Below, in pieces: positions 52,596 to 64,000 of a stretch of 64,000 bases of DNA. The stretch covers positions 864,001 through 928,000 of the forward strand of contig OZ244742.1 of NCBI GenBank assembly GCA_965219415.1, written 5' to 3'. The stretch is from Candidatus Marinacidobacterales bacterium. GTDB lineage: Bacteria; Acidobacteriota; Vicinamibacteria; Marinacidobacterales; DATDRI01. Both the position numbers and the translations under genes were made by a program. The notes below the pieces were generated by a model. The model saw nothing but the letters and a program-made list of their open reading frames with translations. It was not told the origin of the DNA and did no database searches. Numbering within the stretch: position 1 is the stretch's first letter; every line of letters begins with the position of its first letter.

Positions 52596-53893
52596 CCGCC
52601 CGTGCGAGAAGCGACGGCGCCGTCGACCTCTTCGAGGAGCGCCTCCGACGGCCCGCGATCCCGCTGGAGCCGCTCGGCAACGGCTTCTGCATCGCGCATC
52701 ACCCTGAGGAGGTTAAGCCCGAGCAACTTCATGACGTCTTGATCCGTGTAGCCACGCTCCAAAAGCTCGGCGGTCAACGCCGGAAAAGTCGATACATCGT
52801 CGAGCCCTTGGGGCACGTACGTCGTGCCGTCGTAGTCGGAACCTAGCCCGACGTGATCGATACCCGCCATCTCCCGTACATGGTCGATATGATCTGCCAC
52901 CAGGGAAACCGTCCCTCGCGGAGCAGGGTTGGCCTCGGCCCATTGCTCCATCGCCTCGCGTACCGAGTCTTCGGTGCTTCCCGGCAAGTCTCGTAGCCGC
53001 TCGCGCTCAGCATCACCAGCGCGACGATGCTCGAGGGCGCTGGTAGAAACGAAGCTCGATACGAAGGTGACCATGACAACGCCACCATTGTCCGGGAGCC
53101 GACGCAGAACATCGTCCGGGACGTTACGCGAATGGTCGGTTATCGCGCGCGCCGAAGAATGGCTATAGATGATGGGAGCCTCCGAGACGTCGAGCGCATC
53201 GTGCATGGTGGCGGGCGAGACGTGGGACAGGTCGACCAGCATTCCCAGCCAGTTCATCTCGCTAACAACAACTTTCCCGAAGGCCGACAGTCCTTCGCCG
53301 CGAGCCTCGTCGCTCGAGGACTCGGCCCAAGCAGTGCTCTTGCTATGCGAGAGCGTCATGTACCGCGCCCCCAGCTTGTAGAACATGCGTAGCGCGGCCA
53401 GTGAGTTGTCGATCGAGTGACCACCTTCCATTCCGATCATCGAGGCGATCTTGCCCTCTCGGAATGCCGCTTCTACCTCATTAGCGGTCAGCGCCAGCTC
53501 GAACGTGTCTGGGTAGCGACGGATCATCTGGTAAACGACATCGATTTGTTCGAGCGTGGCGAGCACCGCGGCTCCCCCGTCGAGGCTCGTGGGTACGTAG
53601 ACGGACCAGAACTGCGCACCCACGCCACCTTCTCGAAGCCGTGGAATGTCTGTCATGAGATCGGGTTGCGGCTGAGCGATATCGAGCCGGGACACCGCTC
53701 GCTGGAAGTGCTGTCGGTATTGCCACGGTAAATCGTTGTGCCCATCGATGAGAGGCAACCGATCGTGTAACGCTCGAGCCCGCTCGAGCGGGGTTGAAGG
53801 CGAGGGAGAGTCGCCTCCTGCACAGGCTCCGTAACCAATGAGTCCAAAAACACAGGCGACCAGTAGGCAGTTCTTCTCGAGTGTTGGCATCAT
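52592..53893 (-). CDS. Membrane dipeptidase (M19)
   Basis: DGHNDLP, QFWSVY, EGGH, VDLSH, SHS, GSDYDG. Confidence 0.94.
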   Translation of the reverse strand: MMPTLEKNCLLVACVFGLIGYGACAGGDSPSPSTPLERARALHDRLPLIDGHNDLPWQYRQHFQRAVSRLDIAQPQPDLMTDIPRLREGGVGAQFWSVYVPTSLDGGAAVLATLEQIDVVYQMIRRYPDTFELALTANEVEAAFREGKIASMIGMEGGHSIDNSLAALRMFYKLGARYMTLSHSKSTAWAESSSDEARGEGLSAFGKVVVSEMNWLGMLVDLSHVSPATMHDALDVSEAPIIYSHSSARAITDHSRNVPDDVLRRLPDNGGVVMVTFVSSFVSTSALEHRRAGDAERERLRDLPGSTEDSVREAMEQWAEANPAPRGTVSLVADHIDHVREMAGIDHVGLGSDYDGTTYVPQGLDDVSTFPALTAELLERGYTDQDVMKLLGLNLLRVMRDAEAVAERLQRDRGPSEALLEEVDGAVASRTGG

Positions 53894-53927
53894 TGCTCCC
53901 CTAAAGAATCAAGGCGCATCGAGCCCA

Positions 53928-54725
53928 TCAGGACTCTGAGGGCCCGAGGTCGGTCATTCCCATGATATGAAACCCGCTATCCACGTACAGCACGTCGCCG
54001 GTGACGCCGCGCGATAGCTCCGACACCAAGAAGACGGCGGCGTCCCCCACTTCTCCCTGCTCGGTGTTCTTCCGCAGCGGAGCATGACTTCGATGGTACT
54101 CGAGCATTTTGGAAATACCGTGCACTCCCGAGGCGGCGATCGTCTTGACCGGTCCCGCGGAAATAGCGTTCACGCGAACACCGCGAGGCCCCAAGTCGGC
54201 AGCCAGATAACGCACCGATGCCTCGAGCGCCGCCTTCGCCACACCCATGACGTTGTAATGGGGAACAACGCGCGGCCCTCCCAAATAGGTCAGGGTTACG
54301 ATGCTCCCCGCTCGGCCTTCCATCAGGGGTGCCATGCGACGCACGAGAGCAACGAGAGAGTAGGCAGAGACATCTTGTGCGACGCGGTAGCCTTCCCGCG
54401 ACGTGTCGAGGTACTCCCCGTCCAACTCCTCCCGCAACGCGAACGCCACCGCGTGGATGACGAAGTCCAAGCCACCCCATTGGCTCCTGAGACTCTCCGC
54501 CAGCGAGTCCATCTCCTCATCCCGGGTCACGTCGCAAGGGAGGATGACCGGCTCATTCAGCTCGTCCGCTAACTTGCGAACATTTTTTTCCAATCTCTCG
54601 CCTTGGTAAGTGACCGCTAAGCGGGCCCCTTCTCGCGAGGCCGACTGGGCAATGCCCCACGCGAGAGACCGTTTGTTCGCTATCCCTACTATCAGACCTT
54701 TCTTGCCCTCAAGGAGCATCAGCAC
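53928..54725 (-). CDS. fabI: Enoyl-ACP reductase
   Basis: GIANKRSLAWGIA, YNVMGVAKAALE, NAISAGP. Confidence 0.95.
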   Translation of the reverse strand: MLMLLEGKKGLIVGIANKRSLAWGIAQSASREGARLAVTYQGERLEKNVRKLADELNEPVILPCDVTRDEEMDSLAESLRSQWGGLDFVIHAVAFALREELDGEYLDTSREGYRVAQDVSAYSLVALVRRMAPLMEGRAGSIVTLTYLGGPRVVPHYNVMGVAKAALEASVRYLAADLGPRGVRVNAISAGPVKTIAASGVHGISKMLEYHRSHAPLRKNTEQGEVGDAAVFLVSELSRGVTGDVLYVDSGFHIMGMTDLGPSES

Positions 54726-54783
54726 CTCCGGCCGGGAAGTTTATCACCGCCGCACGGGCTTCGTCTTCTCGATGAGCCACGTC

Positions 54784-56190
54784 TTAGGTCGAGGTTGGAT
54801 GCCTATCCACCCATGGATGCGACGTCTCATAGGCGTAAGCGATTTGTAGCAATCGCTTCTCGTGAAAGGGGCGGGCCGCCAACTGGAGGCCTACCGGAAG
54901 TCCCTCCGTCGTGAAGCCGCAAGGCACAGAAATGGCGGGAAAACCGGTCGTGTTGAAAGGAGTTGGCAGCCGTAGAAGCCCCGGGCGCAGCTTCTCGCCG
55001 TTCACCAGCAACTCTTCGCCTATCCGGGGCGCCGGGACGGGAACCGTCGGGGAGACGAGGACATCGAACCCCCGAAACGCCTCGCCGAACGCTTCGACGA
55101 TTCGCCGGCGCGCACGTTGCGCGGTCAGATACTCGGTGGCCCGCACCAGCAAACCGAGCTCTAGCAACTCTCTCGTAGCCGACCCGTAGTCCTCGGGCCT
55201 CTCTCGAAGCGACGGCTCATGATAGGAAGCTGCCTCTGCAAAAGTAATAACGTTTCGACAAGTGCCCTGATGCTCGATTTCCGGAATCGAAGCTTCTACG
55301 CGCTCGAGCCCCAACTTCTCGAGATCCTCGATCGCGGCTTCGACCAGCTTCCGCACTTGAGGATCCAGGTCTTCGAAGAAGTAACCAGGGTGTACGGCCA
55401 TCAGAAGTCCAGACGGAATTTCATCGAGATCGCTACTTACCGGGGCGAGCTCTTGCTTTCGCGATGTGGGGTCCTTGGGATCGTGGCCAGCGAGAACGTC
55501 GAGAAGGATGGCAACGTCCTTCACGGTACGCGCCATCGGTCCGACATGGTCCAGACTCCACGCGAGCGGCGTGACACCGTGACGACTCACCAACCCATAG
55601 GTAGGCTTCAGTCCAACCGTCCCGCAAAGCGACGAGGGTATGCGAATCGAACCCCCGGTGTCGGTACCTACCGATCCGAGGCCGATCCCAGCCGCGAGAC
55701 TGGCCGCCGAACCGCCGCTCGAGCCTCCGCTGATGCGATCCTCGTCCCATGGATTGTGCGCTGGACCGTAATGAGGATTGACGTTCGAGATGCCGTAGGC
55801 GAATTCGTGCATGTTGGTCTTACCTAAGAATACGGCCCCCGCTTCGCGCAGCCTCGCTACCACCGTTGCGTCCACGCTGGGAACGAAATCACCGCAAACC
55901 CTGGAGCCCGAAGTGGTGCGGACACCACGGGTCCAAAGAAGGTCCTTGAGAGTCATCGGGACTCCGTCTAGAGCCCCCCGCGTTTCACCGTGTGCCAGTC
56001 TTTGGTCCGCGTTCTCGGCAGCGCCTCGGGCTTCTTCCTCGGTCACGGTGATGAATGAGTTCAAGCTCGGCTCGAGAGACTTCAGGCGTGTCAGCTGTTG
56101 GTCCACCAACTCCTGAGCCGAGATTTCTCGACGACGAAGGAGTCCGGCTATTTCAGAGAGTGAATGAAACGATAGCTCATCGGCCGCCAT
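54784..56190 (-). CDS. Amidase signature family protein (GatA/AtzE-like)
   Basis: KD, GGSSGGSA, GTDTGGSIRIP. Confidence 0.93.
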   Translation of the reverse strand: MAADELSFHSLSEIAGLLRRREISAQELVDQQLTRLKSLEPSLNSFITVTEEEARGAAENADQRLAHGETRGALDGVPMTLKDLLWTRGVRTTSGSRVCGDFVPSVDATVVARLREAGAVFLGKTNMHEFAYGISNVNPHYGPAHNPWDEDRISGGSSGGSAASLAAGIGLGSVGTDTGGSIRIPSSLCGTVGLKPTYGLVSRHGVTPLAWSLDHVGPMARTVKDVAILLDVLAGHDPKDPTSRKQELAPVSSDLDEIPSGLLMAVHPGYFFEDLDPQVRKLVEAAIEDLEKLGLERVEASIPEIEHQGTCRNVITFAEAASYHEPSLRERPEDYGSATRELLELGLLVRATEYLTAQRARRRIVEAFGEAFRGFDVLVSPTVPVPAPRIGEELLVNGEKLRPGLLRLPTPFNTTGFPAISVPCGFTTEGLPVGLQLAARPFHEKRLLQIAYAYETSHPWVDRHPTST

Positions 56191-56193
56191 TCG

Positions 56194-56379
56194 CTATTCC
56201 TCCTCTGGCAACCTCACCGCCGGAAACGGCTCGATGGAAGGCTCTACCATCTCTTCGAGTGCTCCGAGCGCCTCCGTCAAAGAATTCATGCGTTGGAATA
56301 GGATCTCCAACTCCTCGGAGTCGAGCGTAAGTCCGAGCTCTCGTGTGACGCGGTCAAGACTTTCACGAGTGAGTTTCAT
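56194..56379 (-). CDS. Small GatC/AtzG-like amidase partner subunit
   Basis: 61 aa MKLTRESLDRVTRELGLTLDSEELE...IEP, 3 nt upstream of the amidase. Confidence 0.6.
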   Translation of the reverse strand: MKLTRESLDRVTRELGLTLDSEELEILFQRMNSLTEALGALEEMVEPSIEPFPAVRLPEEE

Positions 56380-56392
56380 AGAGGTTTCGTTA

Positions 56393-56425
56393 CCCTCACC
56401 CAGGCCCTCTCCCGGAGGGAGAGGG
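56393..56425. repeat. REP-like palindrome CCCTCACCC..CCCTCTCCC-GGA-GGGAGAGGG
   Basis: Perfect 9-bp stem preceded by CCCTCACCC. Confidence 0.7.
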
Positions 56426-56663
56426 ATTGAAGGATAGAAGCCAGTCATTACGCATCGACGCGCGTGATACCGGCATCTGGCCACTTTGAGAGTAGCGTCG
56501 AGCTATTTTGATACCAGATCGTTGGCACAGTGTATTTTGACGGCCAAACAACAGCTAGGCCTGTTTTGGTGTCCATCATAGGCGCGCCATCATCCCTCCT
56601 CCAAGTGGCCCCCAGGTCGCGCGGCAGATGATAGGATTGGCCAACGAACTGGAGGTCTAAGAT

Positions 56664-58293
56664 ATGCGCACCGCGACCACCTTGGTCTGCCTTTCGTTCG
56701 GCGTCATCGCCATCGCTTGCCAAGAATCACCCCAAGAGCCACATCCCGATACGATCAACGCCGAGTCCCTTTTGGAGCGGATTAAGCGCCTCTCATCGGA
56801 TGCGTTTGAAGGGTGGGCTCCCGGCTCGGCGGGCGAGGAAAAAACCGTCGAATATCTCGTCGATAGCTTTGGCTCGTTCGGCCTTGCTCCCGGCAATCCC
56901 GATGGCACCTTCATCCAACAAGTCCCGCTGGTGCGCTTGACTCCGGCTGCGTTGAACCCCGTGGTGGTGAAGAAAGGAGCCGTGACCACCGAGCTCGAAC
57001 CGAAGGTGGACATTGCGGCTAGTACTCGCCGCGTGGACGAGCGCGTCGATGTGGAGGGCGAGCTGGCGTTCGTCGGTTACGGGGCCTTGGCTCCCGAGTA
57101 CGAGTGGGATGACTTCAAGAATTTGGACGTGCGCGACAAGATCCTCCTCGTGTTGGTCAACGATCCGCCTGGCGAGGACATCTTCGGTGGTAAAGCAATG
57201 ACCTATTACGGTCGTTGGACCTACAAGTTCGAGATCGCCGCCGAGCTCGGCGCCGCGGGAGCTTTCGTGATCCACGAAACCGACACGGCGGGCTATCCCT
57301 GGGAGGTGATTTCCGACTCGGGTTCCGAGAAGTTCGTGCTGGCAACGTCGGGCGACGACGGAAACCTTCTAGGTGCAGAAGGCTGGATCCACATCGATGC
57401 GACACGCCGGGTCTTCGAGATGGCAGGGATGGACTTCGACGAGATGAAGCAGGCGGCGACGGACCGTTCCTTCGAGCCCGTCGCTCTGGGCGTGACCATG
57501 GCGGTCGCGCTACAGAACTCCATCCAAGAGATCGAAGTCTGCCAACGTCGTGGCGAAGCTTCAGGGCCGGCAATCGCCCGACGAATGGATCATCTACGTC
57601 GCCCACTGGGATCACATGGGTATCGACCCTGAGCTCAACGGTGACAACATCTTTAACGGTGCCCACGATAACGCCAGCGGAACCGCGGGTCTCCTGGAGA
57701 TCGCCGAGGCGTTCGGACGACTCGACGAAGCCCCGGCTCGGAGTGTCCTCTTTCTTGCGGTGACCGCGGAAGAGCGTGGCCTCCTCGGTTCCCTCTACTA
57801 CGGTCGCAACCCGCTCTATCCGATCAAGGATACGGTGGCGGCCATCAACATGGATGGTCTCAATCTACTGGGACCCACTCGGGATGTAACCGTGGTTGGC
57901 ATGGGGCAATCGACGCTGGACGACCTCGCGACACAGATCGCTTCACAACAAGGCCGCACATTGCGACCAGACCCGGAGCCAGAAAAAAGTCACTACTATC
58001 GATCCGATCACTTCGAGTTCGCGAACGTGGGAATCCCCGCATTTTACCCTGATAAAGGCATCGAGTTCATCAACAAGCCGGAAGGCTGGGGGATCGAGAT
58101 GCGAAAGAAGTACGACAACGAGGACTATCACAAGCCCTCGGACGAGGTGAAGGACTATTGGGATCTTTCCGGGGCTGTCGAAGACCTGGAGCTCTTCTAC
58201 CTCATGGGACACCAGCTGGCCACCGGCACGGAGTGGCCAGAGTGGAGCGAGAAGAGCGAGTTCCGAGCGACGAGGGAAAACAGTAAACAGTAA
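56664..58293 (+). CDS. M28 family peptidase lipoprotein with PA domain (frameshift at ~57535)
   Basis: Lipobox AIAC; YYGRWTYK, AHWDH, NGAHDNASG, AEERGLLGS, RSDH, YH. Confidence 0.9.
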
Positions 58294-58306
58294 TCGGTGA
58301 AAGACT

Positions 58307-60605
<2,299 letters not shown>

Positions 60606-60606
60606 C

Positions 60607-61083
60607 CTATTCTCCCGATCGAGGTTTGTCAGTCAAGACTCGTCGCGCCTTCTCCACGACCTTGCGCTCGTTGGCAAAAGCCACTTTTTTGATGGCCTCC
60701 GAAATCGGGAACCAGCGGGCCTCGTCGACTTCTTCATCGTGCTGCGACGTGTCGCCGCCCGTGTGGCACATCAAGAAAAAGTGTACCAACTTGTGATGGC
60801 GAACGGAACGCCCATCCTCTTCTTTCCAGACAAACCAGTAGTCGATCTTGTCGAGCTCGCCTTCGACTTCACCTTCCAGACCCGTTTCCTCTCGAACCTC
60901 TCGCGCCGCCGCGGCGGCTACCTGCTCTCCCTTTTCCACCAGGCCTTTCGGTAGCTGCCAACGAGTACCACCGCGGGTGGCGACTAGGCACACCTGTAGC
61001 GCCGAGGCCTCTTCCCGGTAGATAACTCCCCCCGCCGAGACTTCGAACTTGATCTTGCCTGCTGAAGACTTGGAGCGTGCCAT
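60607..61083 (-). CDS. NUDIX hydrolase
   Basis: SAGG, LPKGLVEKGE...AREVREETG. Confidence 0.93.
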   Translation of the reverse strand: MARSKSSAGKIKFEVSAGGVIYREEASALQVCLVATRGGTRWQLPKGLVEKGEQVAAAAAREVREETGLEGEVEGELDKIDYWFVWKEEDGRSVRHHKLVHFFLMCHTGGDTSQHDEEVDEARWFPISEAIKKVAFANERKVVEKARRVLTDKPRSGE

Positions 61084-61092
61084 CCGGATGGC

Positions 61093-61365
61093 TTAGTAGC
61101 CCTGGGGCTTGGGCTCTGCCCAAACCATCAGGTTACGAGCGACCGCCGCGCCCGCCAGAGCGGCGACGCCGGCGAGGGGGCCGAAGCGATGCAGGAGAAC
61201 GCCGAGCACCAGCGCGAACACCGAGAGGCGCAATACCAATGCGACGAGGCTTCGCCGCGCGAGCGGTGTCTTCTGGGAATGCACATGCCCGGTGGCGTGA
61301 CGCACCCAGGCGAAGTATAAGTAGCCCAAGACCATCCCGAAACCGGCAAATGCCACCATGCGCAT
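61093..61365 (-). CDS. Small membrane protein, AtpI/AtpR-like
   Basis: G.VLG.LYF, LR and terminal AR pattern over three hydrophobic segments. Confidence 0.5.
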   Translation of the reverse strand: MRMVAFAGFGMVLGYLYFAWVRHATGHVHSQKTPLARRSLVALVLRLSVFALVLGVLLHRFGPLAGVAALAGAAVARNLMVWAEPKPQGY

Positions 61366-61472
61366 TGCTCATCATATCCGCCAGTGGCGGGTCACGCGAG
61401 CCACGGAATTTCGGGGATAGGTGCTTAATTCAGGCCTGATGGGAGTGGAACTAAATAGCCTGTCGCCGAAAT

Positions 61473-62486
61473 TCAAGCCTGGCCGCGAAACCTCGGTAAG
61501 GTCGAATCGATCATGGTTCTCAGACCTGGCCGCAAACCCACGACGCTACGAGCCATGCTAAGCAACATCCCAACCGTGGCTTCGTCTCCGGCGACGCCGC
61601 CTTCGAACAGGATGTCGAGCGAAGGAGTGCCGCGAATCGAGATCTTGTCGAATGGCTTCTTCGCACCGACAAACATCTGCAGGTCGAGCTTGAGAACCTC
61701 CTTGCCGTTCCGCAGTCCACGGCAAACATGATGAATTCCTGCTACCTGTCCGGCCTTGGCGGTCAGGTACGGGGTTCGCACAGATTTTTTGGCAAGCACC
61801 GGCGTGAGTTTCTCAGTCACGCGCTCCAGATCCCAGCCAAGCCCCTGCGCTACGAGGTGCAAGGACTCTAACAGGCCGACGTGTCCCAACTGACCCATCC
61901 TGGTGCCGCGCCGGAACTCCGCCGGGGTCATACCGGCACCGACCTTTTTTTGAAGCGGCTGGCGCCGCGTAGCCGCGTCGACCACTCTCTCCACTAGAAT
62001 CGAACGGACTTCCAGGCAGGGGGAGGTCGAAACAAGCGCCATTGTATCCATCACGAAGCCCGGGTTCACACCCGTTCCCAAAACGACCGCCTGCTTGGAG
62101 CGCGCTAAGGCGTCAAGCTCCCTCGCCAATCTCGGGTGTCGCACCGAGGGCAAGAGAAGCTCCTCACATGTGCTCACCACACTAGCCTTGGCCTCCAGGC
62201 AGATCCGCAACTGAGGAAGCACCTCGTCGAGTCGGGACTGTGTGGAGTGCAGCACGACATCAGGCTGCCTAACACCAAGCACTTCCTTGGGTCGATCGGA
62301 CACTCGGACGCCACTTGGCTGCGTGAGTCCGGCGAGATCGGCCACATCGCGCTGCTGCTTGTCGGGATCGATATCGATAGCTCCGACCAGTTCCAGGTCG
62401 GGGCGGGCAATAATCGCGCGGATAGCCGCGAGGCCGATGGGTCCGACCCCGTATTGTACGACCCGGAGCTTCTCCGGAGAGGCCAT
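61473..62486 (-). CDS. NAD(P)H-dependent amine dehydrogenase / 2,4-diaminopentanoate dehydrogenase-like
   Basis: QYGVGPIG, STCEEL, GTGVNPGFVMD, GDEAT. Confidence 0.85.
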   Translation of the reverse strand: MASPEKLRVVQYGVGPIGLAAIRAIIARPDLELVGAIDIDPDKQQRDVADLAGLTQPSGVRVSDRPKEVLGVRQPDVVLHSTQSRLDEVLPQLRICLEAKASVVSTCEELLLPSVRHPRLARELDALARSKQAVVLGTGVNPGFVMDTMALVSTSPCLEVRSILVERVVDAATRRQPLQKKVGAGMTPAEFRRGTRMGQLGHVGLLESLHLVAQGLGWDLERVTEKLTPVLAKKSVRTPYLTAKAGQVAGIHHVCRGLRNGKEVLKLDLQMFVGAKKPFDKISIRGTPSLDILFEGGVAGDEATVGMLLSMARSVVGLRPGLRTMIDSTLPRFRGQA

Positions 62487-62732
62487 ATGAACGAACCTCC
62501 TCGGGTTATTGCGCCACCAAAGCGGGCGCAAACAGTTTGCGGAAGCAAAATGTTATCCCAGCTGCGAAGCCCGAACAACTCTTTTTTTTGCGTGGCGCGT
62601 GTTGCACAAAGAGACCAACCACGAACTCGAACATCGTTAGGTTTTCCGACCGATTCCGGATACGATCGCGTCCCGGTTACCGGGCAGTAGAATCGCCGTG
62701 CTCATGCCGGCCGGGCCGTTGGCGCACATGAG

Positions 62733-63959
62733 ATGAAACCGAAAATACCGACTCCTGGCTGGGCGCTCCTTCTGTTCTTGGCCGTCCTGGTCCTGAACAC
62801 CGTCATCAATGGCATTCTGCTGGTCACCGTACCGAATCTAGGAATTCTCCTAGGCGAGCTCTTGGCGATTCTGATCCCAACCGTCCTGGCAGTCCGTGTA
62901 CTTGGAGCGGACGTGAGGGCAACTCTTCGGCTACGACTCCCCTCCACGACGGATCTTCTTCTCGCCCTCCCGCTCGCCGTGTCCCTCGCCGTACTCAACG
63001 ATCAGGTCTCCAACCTAACCAGCCAGGTCTTCCCCATTCCTGAGGAGTTGCGGGAAGGCATCGTCCGCCTCCTCCGCGCACAGACCGCGTATGAATGGAT
63101 CGTCAGAATCTTGGGATTGGCGGTTGGGGCGGCGGTAGCAGAGGAGGTCCTTTTCCGCGGTTTCATTCAAAAGAGTCTCGAGGGAAGCTCTCTGGGCCGG
63201 CCGGGAGCTATTCTAATCACCGCTTTTCTGTTCGCGGTAATGCACTTCATACCCCAGGGGCTGGCCAGCTACACCCTGGCGGGATTGGTTTTGGGTATCA
63301 CCGCCATCGCGACGGACAGCATCTTGATACCTATTCTCATCCACGGGGTAAACAACGCATCGGCGATCTTGCTTCTCAACGTGGCGGGACTGGAGAGTCT
63401 CGGCGAGCCGGTTTGGATCCCTCCCGGGATTTTGATCCCCGCCGCCCTCATCTTCACTCTCACTCTGGCTCACTATATGAGGCGCGCCACGGAAACAGAC
63501 GCGTCCAGGATGCCGGAGACGCCGCCCGACCTGCCACGTCCATCGCCAGAGCCGCTGGTGTCGGTTCCGCCTCAGCAAGAGACGCCCATCGAACACCGCG
63601 GCCTCGGATGGCTCACCGTGGGTTGCGCTGTCGTGGGCGGAGCGATCGTCGTGCTCGGCCTGTTTTCCTTTTCTCTCCTCTACGCCCCACAGGTCAGACA
63701 CCAACCGATACTCGAAATGAAGGAGACACTACTGGAGGCGGCAGGGCCAGGCGCTTTGGGCGCACGAATCACGGAGAAGTTCGACGCCTTGGTCGAATTC
63801 AATGAGGAAGGCGAACTGAGCGTCTCGGCATTCTCGAAGTTGATTTGGCTCTACAGCAAGGCTCAGTCCGACGGCGTGGTTACAGACCAAGAGATCGAAA
63901 CTATTTTGGCAGAGGTCGGGCTCATCCTCAACGAAAACGCCCCGGTGAGACAGCTCTAG
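62733..63959 (+). CDS. CPBP (CAAX/Abi) family intramembrane protease with C-terminal extension
   Basis: EEVLFRG, FAVMH, HGVNN. Confidence 0.88.
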   Translation: MKPKIPTPGWALLLFLAVLVLNTVINGILLVTVPNLGILLGELLAILIPTVLAVRVLGADVRATLRLRLPSTTDLLLALPLAVSLAVLNDQVSNLTSQVFPIPEELREGIVRLLRAQTAYEWIVRILGLAVGAAVAEEVLFRGFIQKSLEGSSLGRPGAILITAFLFAVMHFIPQGLASYTLAGLVLGITAIATDSILIPILIHGVNNASAILLLNVAGLESLGEPVWIPPGILIPAALIFTLTLAHYMRRATETDASRMPETPPDLPRPSPEPLVSVPPQQETPIEHRGLGWLTVGCAVVGGAIVVLGLFSFSLLYAPQVRHQPILEMKETLLEAAGPGALGARITEKFDALVEFNEEGELSVSAFSKLIWLYSKAQSDGVVTDQEIETILAEVGLILNENAPVRQL

Positions 63960-64000
63960 CTCCCTCACCGCCGTCTGACCGACGCCTGGCTAGCTTGATA

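Noticed and set aside
56448-56640. Lower-GC stretch with a short ORF (MMDTKTGLAVVWP…)
   Set aside because: Too short and unrecognisable; possibly a gene relic

Overview
This GC-rich bacterial window consists mostly of housekeeping and envelope genes: tatA, a thyX-like gene, nnr-tsaE, guaB, secA, acpS, ccdA, lepB, hisC, lpxA, a leuA-like gene, fabI and ligA. The gene content loosely suggests an Acidobacteriota-like diderm, which is inference only. The main hidden feature is absent from the ORF track: a 74-codon glutaredoxin-like gene (5753-5977) with two in-frame TGA codons, each followed by a SECIS-like hairpin, making it a probable double selenoprotein of the UXX-star type. Mobile DNA comprises two apparently identical 1384-bp ISL3 elements with 8-bp target duplications (one lands in a TATAAT box) and a truncated IS256 inside a broken comM. 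Other notable features are a two-gene microcompartment satellite locus (BMC-H plus acylating aldehyde dehydrogenase), a small GC-rich repeat found just 5' of four genes, a tandem structured intergenic motif near 32.3-32.5 kb and a DnaB-like protein lacking Walker A. Several genes have internal deletions (NUDIX, MglA-like GTPase, cupin, comM), and six carry 1-bp frameshifts that may be read errors. No rRNA, tRNA or CRISPR array was seen.
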